Shown in pieces: positions 40,155 to 50,324 of a stretch of DNA of 64,000 bases. Both the position numbers and the translations under genes were made by a program. Each line of letters begins with the position of its first letter. The first letter of the stretch is position 1. The notes beneath the pieces were generated by a model. The model saw only the letters and a list, made by a program, of their open reading frames with translations, searched no databases and had not been told where the DNA came from. Source of the stretch: Oleiagrimonas sp. (lineage in GTDB: Bacteria; Pseudomonadota; Gammaproteobacteria; Xanthomonadales; Rhodanobacteraceae); assembly GCA_035690885.1 (NCBI GenBank), contig DASSKC010000062.1, positions 733-64,732 of the forward strand. Reading direction: 5' to 3'.

Positions 40155-41122
40155 GTCTCGCATCGACATGGCGCGCGTTGTCCCGTCCGCGCGTCGTACT
40201 GCCCTTGCTGCTGGCGGCGGCATTGTTCCTGGTGGCCGTGAGCCTGGGTGACCTCGGCCAGGTGGTCAGTCGCGTCAAGGTGGTACCCACCTCGACCATG
40301 CTGCTGGCGCTGGGCTGCGCGGCGGTGTATCTGCTTTTCAAGGGTTTGCAGTTGCACTTGTTGCTCAACGACCTGGACGCGCATCCGGGCTGGCGCCGCT
40401 TTGCGCTGGCGTTTGCCGTGGGCGAGCTGGCGTTGACGTTTCCACTGGGCGTGTTTGCGCAAAATTGGGTGCTGGCCGGCAAGAAGGACATGCACTTCGG
40501 CCGCAGTTCGGCGGCAACCATCGTGATGCTGTTGATGGAGGTGGTGGTCGCGTTGTTGTGGCTGGCGATCGTCGGCATTCCCGGCTGGCCACCGGTGCAA
40601 GCGACGGCGGCGGCCATTCTCGCGTTGATGGCGGTGCTGGCTTTTGCCTTGTTGCGTTACAACCTGCTTGGACGTATGGCCGACCGGATCAGTCATCGCC
40701 ACGTGCATCGGTTGTTGTCCGAGGGTGTCGGTCTGCTGGACGGCTTGAGGCGGCTGGGCAAGTGGCGCGTGTTCGGCATCAATCTGCTGATCACGCCGGT
40801 CTATCTGGCGGCGCTGACCGCGGCGTTCTGGGTCATGGGGCACGGCATGGGTCTGCCTCGACTCGGCTACGCGGAAGCGACCACGATTTATGCCTTTGCA
40901 CTGGCCTCGGTGCTGGTCAGTGGCGGTGTGTTCGGGCAAATCGGACTGGTCGAGGTCATCGGCATGAGCACGGCGCATGCCTGGGGCATGAGCTACACCG
41001 AGGGGCTGGCGTTGATGCTGGGTTTCCGTTTGGCGTGGACCGGCGCGATGTGGCTTCTGAACGGTACCGTGGTGGTGGCGTTGTGGCGTTCGGTGCGGCT
41101 CGATCCGGGGCACACCGAGTGA
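40151..41122 (+). CDS. UPF0104 / lysyl-PG-synthase-TM ('flippase-like') membrane protein, HpnL-like by context
   Basis: 323-aa polytopic protein. ATGA overlap with the upstream acyltransferase. The UPF0104 family includes the hopanoid-associated HpnL. This call rests on architecture and context. Confidence 0.6.
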   Translation: MSLASTWRALSRPRVVLPLLLAAALFLVAVSLGDLGQVVSRVKVVPTSTMLLALGCAAVYLLFKGLQLHLLLNDLDAHPGWRRFALAFAVGELALTFPLGVFAQNWVLAGKKDMHFGRSSAATIVMLLMEVVVALLWLAIVGIPGWPPVQATAAAILALMAVLAFALLRYNLLGRMADRISHRHVHRLLSEGVGLLDGLRRLGKWRVFGINLLITPVYLAALTAAFWVMGHGMGLPRLGYAEATTIYAFALASVLVSGGVFGQIGLVEVIGMSTAHAWGMSYTEGLALMLGFRLAWTGAMWLLNGTVVVALWRSVRLDPGHTE

Positions 41123-41123
41123 T

Positions 41124-42206
41124 TCAGCCCTCGATCGCGGCCATGAAACGTGTCACGGACTGATCGCAGCTCATGTGCGGCACGCCCGGGCGCGCCAGTG
41201 CGCGCGGGATGTCGGTCGACAGATTCAGGTCTTTTTGCGTGGTCGACCAGACGTGGCCTTTGTCGTGATGGAACCGGGCCAGGTATTCCTGTTCGCTTTG
41301 CCCCGGCGTGGGCACGAACAAGGCCTGCTTGCCCAGCCCGGCCAGTTCCATGAGCGTGGTGTAACCGGAGCGGGTCATGACCAATCGCGCGCGCGCCAGC
41401 ATTTCGCTTTGCGCCTGGCGATCAAGGTAGCCGTAAACGGTGGCGTTGCCGATGTGGCGGCAATCATCCGCCCGTGAGGGTTGGCCCAGCGCGACCACGA
41501 TGCGGCCTTCCAGATGGGGCAACGCCTCGAGCACTTTTTGTGCCATCAGCGTGCGTTGCGGCTCGATGCCGGAAATCGAGAAAAAACAGTCGATGTCCGG
41601 CTCGGCGCTGGTCGGCGTGATGCTCGACAACGGTCCGATGTAGGCAAGTCGGTCGTCACCCCAGTCCAGGGCAGGGTCGTGGCCAAGGTCGCCGGACAGG
41701 CCGCGGTCGGTCTCCACATCGGGAATCAGGATGCGTTTGAAGTGACGGGTCAGGTTGCGTTGGCCGAATTCGACCAGGCGCTCGAGATGGCGCGGACGAC
41801 CGGGAATGATCTGTCGCAACGAGTGCAGCATGCAGTAGCTGGGAATGTCGTGCGACCACATGCCGAAGCGGCTGTCGGACACGATGCGATCATAACGATC
41901 ACGTGCGACGAGCTTCTCGACAAACCGATGCTCCTGCTTGAAACGGGTCATCACCACCGGCGTGGCCAGGCTCATGCGCACGTAGAACATCGCCGGCCAG
42001 CGGCTGAATGGTTTGGGGATGTCGTGGAAGCTGATGAAACGGCAGCTGGTTCCGAGCTCGGCCCGCAACAGCTGCAAGCCGTTGCCCTCGGCGCTGACGA
42101 CGGTGACCTCGTCACCCGCGTCGAGCAGGGCGCGGATCAGCACCAGAGAGCGTGTCGCGTGTCCCAATCCCCAGTCGTGTACGGCAAACAGCGTGCGGCG
42201 GGACAT
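41124..42206 (-). CDS. GT-B glycosyltransferase (GT28-N / MJ1255-like, COG1819-type)
   Basis: The N-terminus FAVHDWGLGHATRSLVLIRAL is typical of the MurG/UGT-like GT-B N-domain. The C-terminal region is GYTTLMELAGLGKQALFVPTPGQSEQ. Confidence 0.75.
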   Translation of the reverse strand: MSRRTLFAVHDWGLGHATRSLVLIRALLDAGDEVTVVSAEGNGLQLLRAELGTSCRFISFHDIPKPFSRWPAMFYVRMSLATPVVMTRFKQEHRFVEKLVARDRYDRIVSDSRFGMWSHDIPSYCMLHSLRQIIPGRPRHLERLVEFGQRNLTRHFKRILIPDVETDRGLSGDLGHDPALDWGDDRLAYIGPLSSITPTSAEPDIDCFFSISGIEPQRTLMAQKVLEALPHLEGRIVVALGQPSRADDCRHIGNATVYGYLDRQAQSEMLARARLVMTRSGYTTLMELAGLGKQALFVPTPGQSEQEYLARFHHDKGHVWSTTQKDLNLSTDIPRALARPGVPHMSCDQSVTRFMAAIEG

Positions 42207-42260
42207 GCGGATTCCTTTGATTGCGGGCGGACGATGCGGCGTGATTCCGGCGACACGTGC

Positions 42261-43145
42261 TCAGTGGTTGCGCTGGACGATGTACTCGGCCATCCAGCGC
42301 AGTGGGTCGGCACTGTCTCCCAGTGGCTGCAGCGCCTGCATGGCGTCGGAGTAGGCGCTGTCCGCGCGTTGCCGCGCCGCGTCCAGGCCCAGCAGCCCCG
42401 GCCATGTCGACTTGCCGTGCGCGGCGTCGGCGCCGCCGGCCTTGCCGGTCAGGTTTTCATCGCCTTCGACGTCGAGCAGATCGTCGCGGATCTGGAAGGC
42501 CAGGCCGATGCTGTCGGCGAAATCGCCCAGCCGGCGACGCACGCCGGCATCCAGGCCGGGCAGGGCATCGCAAGCGAGCGCGACGGCGGCACGGATGAGG
42601 CAGCCGGTCTTGCGGCGATTGAGTTCTTCCAGTTCCGCCAGTTCGACATGTCGCGATTCGGCTTCCAGATCCATGGTCTGGCCGCCGGTCATGCCCAACG
42701 ACCCCGTGGCTTGCGCCAGTGTGCGGACCATGCCGATGCGACTGGCCGACGCGCTCTTGCCATCGGCCAGTACTGCGAACGCCAGCGTTTGCAGGGCGTC
42801 GCCGGCGAGAATGGCGGCTGCCGTGCCGTAGGCCTTGTGCACGGTGGGACGGCCACGCCGAAGCGCGTCGTCATCCATCGAGGGCAAGTCGTCGTGTACC
42901 AGCGAAAAACCGTGGATCATCTCGACCGCACACGCCGGATCGTCCAGCCGGTCCGGATCGATGCCGAGAACTTCGCCGGTGGCATAGCACAGCAAGGGAC
43001 GTACGCGTTTGCCACCACCGAGAATGGCGTAGCGCATGGCCTCGTGGAGCGATGACGGTGCCGTGGCGGCGGCGGGGAGACGGGCGTCCAGTGCGCGCTC
43101 GGCGCGGTCGACGTAATCGGGTACCCGGCTCTCGAAACTGGTCAT
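42261..43145 (-). CDS. ispA: (2E,6E)-farnesyl diphosphate synthase (polyprenyl synthetase)
   Basis: FARM LVHDDLPSMDDDALRRG and SARM FQIRDDLLD. I start at MTSFES (ATG 43145). Confidence 0.9.
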   Translation of the reverse strand: MTSFESRVPDYVDRAERALDARLPAAATAPSSLHEAMRYAILGGGKRVRPLLCYATGEVLGIDPDRLDDPACAVEMIHGFSLVHDDLPSMDDDALRRGRPTVHKAYGTAAAILAGDALQTLAFAVLADGKSASASRIGMVRTLAQATGSLGMTGGQTMDLEAESRHVELAELEELNRRKTGCLIRAAVALACDALPGLDAGVRRRLGDFADSIGLAFQIRDDLLDVEGDENLTGKAGGADAAHGKSTWPGLLGLDAARQRADSAYSDAMQALQPLGDSADPLRWMAEYIVQRNH

Positions 43146-43342
43146 GCTGTCCACTGGTGGCCCTTTGCAAATGGCGATGCGGGTCATGGTGCAATGCGTC
43201 GTGGCGGATGTCCACTGGCCGGCATGCGGCGTATTCATTCAGTTGGTGTCCAGCGCCTGAAGCCGTTTGCTTGGTACCGTTTTTTTGTCGCAAGCGTTAT
43301 CGTATATCAGCGATACGTCAGCACACATGAGGAGTCAGCGTC

Positions 43343-44425
43343 ATGCGCATGTCCGTTGCCCTCGCTCCTTCTGCCAAGTATCTGCATGACTATCAGGACG
43401 ATATCCTGAAGAAGGTGTCGAGGACATTTGCCCTGACCATCCCGCAACTGCCCAAGCCGTTGCGACGGGTGGTCACCAATGCCTATCTGTTGTGCCGCAT
43501 TGCCGACACCATCGAGGACGAGTCGGCATTGTCGGTCGAGCAGAAGCAGCATTTCCACGAGCTGTTTTTGAGTGTGGCCGCTGGCGATGCCGATGCGGCG
43601 GCTTTCGCCGACACGCTGACACCGCTGCTGGCCAATGACGCACTGGAGGCGGAAAAGGACCTCATTGGCCACACCGATGCGGTGGTCGCGGTCACGCGTG
43701 GTTTCAACGACAACCAGCAGGCCGCCCTCAATCGATGCCTGACCGTGATGTGCCGCGGCATGCCGCGCTACGAACGTCACGCCAGCATCGAGGGGTTGAG
43801 CAACCAGGCGTCACTGGATCGTTATTGCTACTACGTCGCCGGTGTGGTTGGCGAGACGCTCACGGCGCTGTTCTGCGATTACTCCGAGTCCATCAATCGT
43901 CACCGCGAACGCATGATGCAGCTGGGTCTTTCCTTTGGCCAGGGACTGCAGATGGTCAACATCCTCAAGGACTTCTGGGAGGACCATGGGCGTGGCGTGT
44001 GCTGGTTGCCGCAGAATCTGTTTGCGCGGATGGGCGTCAATCTCGGCCAAGTCGACCGCAACCATTACCAGCCAGGCTTCGGCGAAGCCTACGCCAACCT
44101 GATCGGCGTTGCCTACACGCACCTGCGCAACGGGTTCGAGTACACGCTGATGATTCCCGAAAAGGAATCGGGCATTCGTCGCTTCTGCCTGGTCGCATTG
44201 GCGCTGGCCGTGCAGACGCTGCAGCGCATCCATGAGAATCCGGATTTCCGTTGCGGCAGCGATGTGAAAGTATCGCATCGCGTGGTGACCAATACGCTCA
44301 TCATGACGCGTCTGTTCGCCGGCTATGATCGTGTCCTGCGACGCTGGTTCGGGCGTCTCGGTCGCGGGCTGCCAATGCAGACGCTGGTGGCTGACTGGTC
44401 GGAGAAGTTGCGCCAGATACGTTGA
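43343..44425 (+). CDS. sqs: Squalene synthase (single-enzyme SQS type; squalene/phytoene synthase family)
   Basis: SRTFALTIPQLP, Asp-rich CRIADTIEDE and NILKDFWED. The gene lies immediately upstream of shc. Confidence 0.85.
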   Translation: MRMSVALAPSAKYLHDYQDDILKKVSRTFALTIPQLPKPLRRVVTNAYLLCRIADTIEDESALSVEQKQHFHELFLSVAAGDADAAAFADTLTPLLANDALEAEKDLIGHTDAVVAVTRGFNDNQQAALNRCLTVMCRGMPRYERHASIEGLSNQASLDRYCYYVAGVVGETLTALFCDYSESINRHRERMMQLGLSFGQGLQMVNILKDFWEDHGRGVCWLPQNLFARMGVNLGQVDRNHYQPGFGEAYANLIGVAYTHLRNGFEYTLMIPEKESGIRRFCLVALALAVQTLQRIHENPDFRCGSDVKVSHRVVTNTLIMTRLFAGYDRVLRRWFGRLGRGLPMQTLVADWSEKLRQIR

Positions 44426-44483
44426 CCGGCGCGCCCGGCGATCCATTGCAACATGTTCAACATGTGTCGGAGGAGGAAGCTTG

Positions 44484-46454
44484 ATGCGTGATGTCTCCGT
44501 GGAACCGTCCATGGCCACGGGCGGCGGGGCAGGGGAAGGTCTAGTGGACCGCCATCGTCTTGATGCCGCCATCGCCGCGACCCGCAACGCATTGCTGCAA
44601 AGTCAGCACGACAATGGCCATTGGTGCCACGAGCTGGAGGCCGATTGCACCATCCCGGCTGAGTACGTGTTGATGCTGCATTATTTCGGCGAGCGCGAAC
44701 CCGAACTGGAAGCGAAGATCGGCAACTACCTGCGGGCACGCCAGGGCAAGGACCATGGCTGGCCCTTGTACGAGTCGGGCGCGATGGACGTCAGTTGCAG
44801 CGTCAAGAGTTATTATGCGCTCAAGCTGATCGGCGACGATCCGGATGCCGAGCACATGCAACGGGCGCGCCAGGCGATTCGCGCGCGTGGCGGCGCGGCT
44901 CGGGCCAACGTGTTCACGCGCATGACGCTGGCGTTGTTCGGCGAGTTGCCCTGGCGCGGCGTTCCGGTGGTGCCGGTGGAGCTGGTGTTGCTGCCGCGCT
45001 GGTTTCCCGTCCATCTGCTGAAGATTTCCTATTGGTCGCGCACCGTGGTCACGCCCCTGGCTGTTTTGTGCAGCCTCAAGCCGCGGGCGGCCAATCCACT
45101 TGGCGTCGGCATCCGTGAACTGTTCATCACGGCGCCCGAAGACGAGCGTCATTACTTCGATCCGCCGCGCACGCTGCTGGCGCGGTTGTTCCTGTGGCTG
45201 GACCGTTTTGCACACGTACTGGATGCGCATCCGCCCAAGTGGTTGCGTCGGCGCGCGGTCAAGCGTGCCATGGACTGGATGCTGCCGCGGTTGAATGGCG
45301 AGGACGGGCTCGGGGCCATTTTCCCGGCCATGGTCAATGCCTGCGAGGTGCTGGCGCTGCTGGGTTACGACCAGAACGAATCGCCCTTGCGCGAAGCGCG
45401 TCAGTCGGTGCGCAAGCTGTTGATCGAGAAGGACACCGAAGCATATTGCCAGCCCTGCGTGTCACCCGTGTGGGACACGGGTCTGGGCTGTCTGGCCATG
45501 CAGGAGGATGCGCGCTCGCATCCGCTGCCCGAGCTGCAGCAGTCCGTGACTCGGGCACTTGATTGGTTGCACGAGAAACAATTGACCGACGAGGACGGCG
45601 ACTGGACGCTGACCCATCCCCGGCTGCCCGGCGGCAGCTGGGCGTTCCAGTACAACAACGCGGCGTATCCCGATCTGGACGACACCGCGGTCATGGCCTG
45701 GACCATGCTTCGCGGAGGTGCCGACGGAGCCGACACCAGATACGCCGAGTCCATCCAGCGCGCGGCCGATTGGCTGATCGGCATGCAGTCGCGCAACGGC
45801 GGTTTTGCCGCGTTCGATTCGGACAACACGCATTACTGGCTCAACCAGATCCCCTTTGCCGATCATGGCGCACTGCTCGACCCGCCGACCAGCGATGTCA
45901 GCGCACGCGTGCTGACTTTTCTGTCTGCCCTGGCCAGACCCGGGGACAAGCGCGCCCGTACTCGGGTCCTCGCGTACTTGCGCAACAGCCAGACCGACGC
46001 GGGTTGCTGGTTCGGGCGCTGGGGTACCAACTACATCTACGGCACCTGGTCGGCTTTGATGGCGCTGGAGGCCGCTGGCGTCGATCACGGTGATGCCGCG
46101 GTGCGGCGCGGGGTGGCGTGGCTGAAGCAGTGCCAGCGTGCCGATGGCGGCTGGGGCGAGACCAACGATACCTACATGGATCCGGGCCTCGCCGGCACCG
46201 ATTCGCGCAGCAATGCCGCACAGACCGCGTGGGCGCTGCTGGGTCTGATGGCAAGCGGCGAGGGCGGCAGCGAGGCGGTCGCGCGCGGCGTACAGTGGCT
46301 CGTGCAGACGCAGGACCAAGACGGCCGCTGGCACGACAAGGGTTTCAACGCACCGGGCTTTCCGCGCGTGTTCTATCTCAAGTATCACGGTTACAGCCAT
46401 TATTTTCCGTACTGGGCGCTGGCACGTTATCGCCGGTGCACGGTCGATGGCTGA
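44484..46454 (+). CDS. shc: Squalene-hopene cyclase
   Basis: Catalytic DxDDTA (PDLDDTAV) and several QW repeats (QRADGGWGE, QSRNGGFA, QDQDGRWHD). SD 'ggaggagga' lies before ATG 44484. Confidence 0.95.
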   Translation: MRDVSVEPSMATGGGAGEGLVDRHRLDAAIAATRNALLQSQHDNGHWCHELEADCTIPAEYVLMLHYFGEREPELEAKIGNYLRARQGKDHGWPLYESGAMDVSCSVKSYYALKLIGDDPDAEHMQRARQAIRARGGAARANVFTRMTLALFGELPWRGVPVVPVELVLLPRWFPVHLLKISYWSRTVVTPLAVLCSLKPRAANPLGVGIRELFITAPEDERHYFDPPRTLLARLFLWLDRFAHVLDAHPPKWLRRRAVKRAMDWMLPRLNGEDGLGAIFPAMVNACEVLALLGYDQNESPLREARQSVRKLLIEKDTEAYCQPCVSPVWDTGLGCLAMQEDARSHPLPELQQSVTRALDWLHEKQLTDEDGDWTLTHPRLPGGSWAFQYNNAAYPDLDDTAVMAWTMLRGGADGADTRYAESIQRAADWLIGMQSRNGGFAAFDSDNTHYWLNQIPFADHGALLDPPTSDVSARVLTFLSALARPGDKRARTRVLAYLRNSQTDAGCWFGRWGTNYIYGTWSALMALEAAGVDHGDAAVRRGVAWLKQCQRADGGWGETNDTYMDPGLAGTDSRSNAAQTAWALLGLMASGEGGSEAVARGVQWLVQTQDQDGRWHDKGFNAPGFPRVFYLKYHGYSHYFPYWALARYRRCTVDG

Positions 46455-47118
46455 TATCGGCGTGGTGGCGGCCTTGCCGGCGGAAGCCGCGACATGGCCG
46501 GCGGACAGCGGATTTCAGGTCGTCGTGGCCGGTCCGGGCATGCAACGCGCCACGGCTGCCGCGCGAGGCCTGTTGGCGGCGGGAGCCACGAGGTTGATCA
46601 GCTGGGGCGTGGCCGGTGGCCTGACGGCTCGACTGCGGCCGGGTGATCTGGTGCTCGCCGATCGGGTGGCATCCGCCGACGGCGTGCAGATACCCGATCG
46701 AGACTGGTGCAGCGAGATGGTCGCGAGGCTGCAACCGCTGGAATGTCCGCTCACGGTCGGAAGCGTCTGGACGCATGCGCATGCGGTCACATCACTCGCG
46801 GAAAAACAACGGCTGGCGGCCAATGGCCATGCCATCGTCGACATGGAGGCCGCCGCCGTGGCGTCCGTGGCGCGTGCTGCCGGCGTGCCGTTCGTGGTCA
46901 TCAAGGCGGTGTGCGACCCGGCCGGTCGCGCGCTTCCGGCTTGCGCGCCACGGTTGTTGCACGCCGATGGTCGCGTGCGGGTCAGCGCCGTGGCCATGAC
47001 CCTGGCAAGTGGTCCGCGCATGTGGCGCCATCTGCGGCAAATGCACCGCGATTTCGATGCTGCTTGCGGCGGTTTGCGCAAAGCGGCCGCATGCTTGTCG
47101 GTATCATGTCCGCCATGA
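46447..47118 (+). CDS. hpnG: Hopanoid-associated phosphorylase/nucleosidase HpnG (PNP_UDP family)
   Basis: DMEAAAVA nucleosidase motif. 8-nt overlap with shc. The position between shc and hpnA is the canonical one. Confidence 0.85.
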   Translation: MADIGVVAALPAEAATWPADSGFQVVVAGPGMQRATAAARGLLAAGATRLISWGVAGGLTARLRPGDLVLADRVASADGVQIPDRDWCSEMVARLQPLECPLTVGSVWTHAHAVTSLAEKQRLAANGHAIVDMEAAAVASVARAAGVPFVVIKAVCDPAGRALPACAPRLLHADGRVRVSAVAMTLASGPRMWRHLRQMHRDFDAACGGLRKAAACLSVSCPP

Positions 47119-48116
47119 GCGACTTGGTACTGGTCACCGGCGCCAACGGTTTTGTCGGTTCGGCCGTGGTGCGCAACCTGCTTGAGGCGGGTTATCGGGT
47201 GCGTGCGCTGGTACGTGCCAGCAGCCGCATGGACAACCTTGCCGGTGTGGATGCCGAGCCGGTGATCGGCGATTTGCGTGACCCCGATTCGCTGGCCGAC
47301 GCCATGCGCGGTTGTCGGGGCGCGTTCCATGTGGCGGCCGACTATCGCCTGTGGACGCCCGATGCCGCGGCCACCGAAGCCATGTACGCCAGCAATGTCG
47401 AGGGCAGCCGCAACGTCCTGCGTGCGGCGTCGCGGGCCGGCGTCGCGCGCATCGTCTATACCAGCAGCGTGGCCACGCTGGGTCTGCATGCCGACGGGTC
47501 CCCGGCGGACGAAACCACGCCGGTCACGTTGGACGCCATGATCGGAGATTACAAGCGCTCCAAGTATCTGGCCGAACAGGCAGTCGAGGAGTTGGCCGAG
47601 TCCGAACATCTCGACGTGGTCACCGTGCATCCGGCGGCACCGGTCGGTCCGCGCGACATCAAGCCGACACCGACCGGGCGCATGGTGCTGGACGCCGCGC
47701 GCCGGCGCATGCCGGTGTACGTCGATACCGGCCTGGACATCGTGCATGTCGACGATGTGGCCGAAGGTCACCGCCTGGCATACGAGCGCGGCACCGGCGG
47801 CCGGCACTACATCCTCGGCGGCGACAATCTCAGTCTGCGCGAGATTTTGATCGAGGTGGCCGTGATCACCGGTCGGCATGCCCCCTGGATGCGCATTCCG
47901 CATGCGCTGGTACTGCCGCCGGCGCATCTCGCCGAGCTCCTGGCCCGGTTCAGCAAGCGTGAACCGGCGGTGACCGTGGCTGGCGCCCGGTTGGCCCGAA
48001 AGCACATGTATTTTTCGCATCAGCGCGCCGCATTCGAGCTCGGATATGCCCCCGGACCGGCCCGCGAGGCGCTTGCCGATGCGGTGAAATGGTATGCCGA
48101 GAACGGCCGGTTATGA
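47115..48116 (+). CDS. hpnA: Hopanoid-associated NAD-dependent sugar epimerase/dehydratase HpnA
   Basis: VLVTGANGFVGSAV Rossmann motif and YKRSK (YxxxK). ATGA overlap with hpnG. Confidence 0.85.
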   Translation: MSDLVLVTGANGFVGSAVVRNLLEAGYRVRALVRASSRMDNLAGVDAEPVIGDLRDPDSLADAMRGCRGAFHVAADYRLWTPDAAATEAMYASNVEGSRNVLRAASRAGVARIVYTSSVATLGLHADGSPADETTPVTLDAMIGDYKRSKYLAEQAVEELAESEHLDVVTVHPAAPVGPRDIKPTPTGRMVLDAARRRMPVYVDTGLDIVHVDDVAEGHRLAYERGTGGRHYILGGDNLSLREILIEVAVITGRHAPWMRIPHALVLPPAHLAELLARFSKREPAVTVAGARLARKHMYFSHQRAAFELGYAPGPAREALADAVKWYAENGRL

Positions 48117-48270
48117 GCACGTTTAGGCGTAAAAGCGTAGAATAGGGCAAGTCGGGCACTGGTTTTACACCCATCCTCCGGAGCGAGGCCACGACCACTC
48201 GGTCAAGCATGACAGGCTCTCCGGATCCGACGCCGGCGGGCCGACACCGTTTGGATGCGAAGGAGTCCAG

Positions 48271-49263
48271 ATGACAGCGATTGCGCAAGCGCAACCCAAT
48301 ATCGCGCTGGTCAAATACTGGGGCAAGCGGGATACGGCACTCAACCTGCCTGCGGCCGACTCGCTGTCCATCACCCTGGCGTCCCTGTCCACGCGGACCG
48401 AAGTCACTTTCGACCCGACGCTTGAACACGATGTGCTGCTGCTCAATGGCGCGCCCGATGCGCGGACGCTGGCGCGTGCCAGTGCGTGTCTGGACGTGCT
48501 GCGCGAGCGCGCCGGCAATCCGTGCCGTGCGCATGTGGATACGCGCAACAACTTTCCCACCGCTGCGGGACTGGCCTCATCGGCGTCGGGCTTTGCCGCG
48601 CTGGTGATGGCGGCCAACGCGGCGCTTGGCTTGCCGGAAGATCGACCATGGCTGTCCACGATCGCCCGTCAGGGATCGGGGTCGGCGGCGCGTTCGCTGT
48701 ATGGCGGCTTCGTGCACATGCATGCCGGAAGCCGCGAAGATGGTGCCGACGCGCATGCCGAGCCGTTGCTGGAAGCCGGGGCCTGGCCGCTCGAAGTCGT
48801 GGTCGCCGTGACCACGCGCAAGGCCAAGGCCGTGGGCTCCGGTGAAGGCATGGAGCGGACGCGACGTACCTCGCCGTTCTACGGCCAATGGGCCGGAACG
48901 GTCGCCGACGACATCGTGCTGGCGCGCGCGGCGGTTGCGGCACGCGACTTCGAGGCACTGGCCGCTGTCAGCGAGCACAGCTGCTTGAAAATGCATGCGT
49001 TGATGTTGTCCAGCCAGCCGCCGTTGATGTACTGGTCGCCGGCAACGCTGGCCTGCATGCAGATGGTTCGCCAATTGCGCGAGCGTGATGGTCTGGGCGT
49101 GTTTTTCACCGTCGATGCCGGTCCCCAGGTCAAGGCCGTTTGCCTGCCGGCCGATGCCGCGAAAGTCGCGGCCGCGTTGCGCGAGGTGTCCGGCGTGGAA
49201 GCGATTCTGCGCAGCGCATTGGGCAAGGGGGCGCGCAACGTTCCCATGGCCGAGGTGGCCTGA
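48271..49263 (+). CDS. mvaD: Diphosphomevalonate decarboxylase
   Basis: NIALVKYWGKRD, GLASSASGFAAL (GHMP motif), FTVDAGPQV. SD 'aaggag' lies upstream. Confidence 0.9.
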   Translation: MTAIAQAQPNIALVKYWGKRDTALNLPAADSLSITLASLSTRTEVTFDPTLEHDVLLLNGAPDARTLARASACLDVLRERAGNPCRAHVDTRNNFPTAAGLASSASGFAALVMAANAALGLPEDRPWLSTIARQGSGSAARSLYGGFVHMHAGSREDGADAHAEPLLEAGAWPLEVVVAVTTRKAKAVGSGEGMERTRRTSPFYGQWAGTVADDIVLARAAVAARDFEALAAVSEHSCLKMHALMLSSQPPLMYWSPATLACMQMVRQLRERDGLGVFFTVDAGPQVKAVCLPADAAKVAAALREVSGVEAILRSALGKGARNVPMAEVA

Positions 49264-50324
49264 TGCACGCGGTGCATGCCAGCGCCCCGGCCAAGCTGGT
49301 TGTCGCCGGCGACTACGCGGTGCTCGAAGGCGCCCCGGCAGTCGTCATCGCGCTGGATCGGCGCGCGCATGTCGAAGTCGAGTCTTTGGCGGACACGGAT
49401 GCCGCGTTCTGCATTGACGCCCCGGACCTCGACATTCGTGGTGCGCAAGGCCGGCTGGAGGGCGAGCGCATCACCTGGTCGTCCGACGCCGATCGTTTGA
49501 CGCTGGTGACCGCGGTGCTGCAATACCTGGCGCAGCACGGCGCGGCGCCGCGTTCCGCGCACGTCACGCTGGACACGCAAGCGTTCTTTGCCGGCGACGG
49601 CGCCAAGCTCGGCCTGGGTTCCAGCGCGGCCCTGACCGTCGCGTTGACGGCCGCCGTGAACACGGCCAACGATGCAGAGGCGGGCGATCTTGCGGCCATG
49701 ATCGGCATGCATCGGCGCATGCAGGGCGGTCGTGGCAGTGGCCTGGATATTGCCGCCGCCTTGATGGGGGGCACGTTGATTTACCGCTTGAGCGATGGAC
49801 AAGCGCAAACCGAGCGTGCCCGCTGGCCGCACGAGCTGGGCCTGTGCTGCGTCTGGTCCGGACGCTCGGCTTCGACGGGCTCGGCATTGGCGCAACTGGC
49901 CGATTGGCGGTCGCGGCATACGGCTGCTTACGCCACCCACATGCAGGCCTTGTCGGATGCTGCCGCCGAGGTGGCTGTGGCCCTGCGTGCAGGCAGCGGC
50001 GCCGACATGGCCACGGGCATGTCCGAGTATGCCGATATGCTGGCGCGCTTCGGCGAAACCGTCGGCATCGACATCGTGTCGGCTGAACACCGCGCACTGG
50101 CCGCCATGGCCAATGACTGCGGCGTGGTGTACAAAAGTTGCGGTGCCGGCGGTGGCGACGTCGGCATGGCCGTGGCCGTGGATGATGATCGACTTTCCCA
50201 TTTCGCACGGCAGGCTGCGAGCGCCGGTTTCCGCATCGTGGAAACCGGTATCGACGAGCGCGGCCTGTCGGTGCAAACAGCAAACACGAGTCACAGGAGA
50301 CAACCATGGACAACGTACGCGTGA
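49263..50324 (+). CDS. mvaK2: Phosphomevalonate kinase (GHMP kinase)
   Basis: APAKLVVAGDYAVLEG, GLGSSAALTVAL, KSCGAGGGD. TGATG overlap with mvaD. Confidence 0.8.
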   Translation: MHAVHASAPAKLVVAGDYAVLEGAPAVVIALDRRAHVEVESLADTDAAFCIDAPDLDIRGAQGRLEGERITWSSDADRLTLVTAVLQYLAQHGAAPRSAHVTLDTQAFFAGDGAKLGLGSSAALTVALTAAVNTANDAEAGDLAAMIGMHRRMQGGRGSGLDIAAALMGGTLIYRLSDGQAQTERARWPHELGLCCVWSGRSASTGSALAQLADWRSRHTAAYATHMQALSDAAAEVAVALRAGSGADMATGMSEYADMLARFGETVGIDIVSAEHRALAAMANDCGVVYKSCGAGGGDVGMAVAVDDDRLSHFARQAASAGFRIVETGIDERGLSVQTANTSHRRQPWTTYA

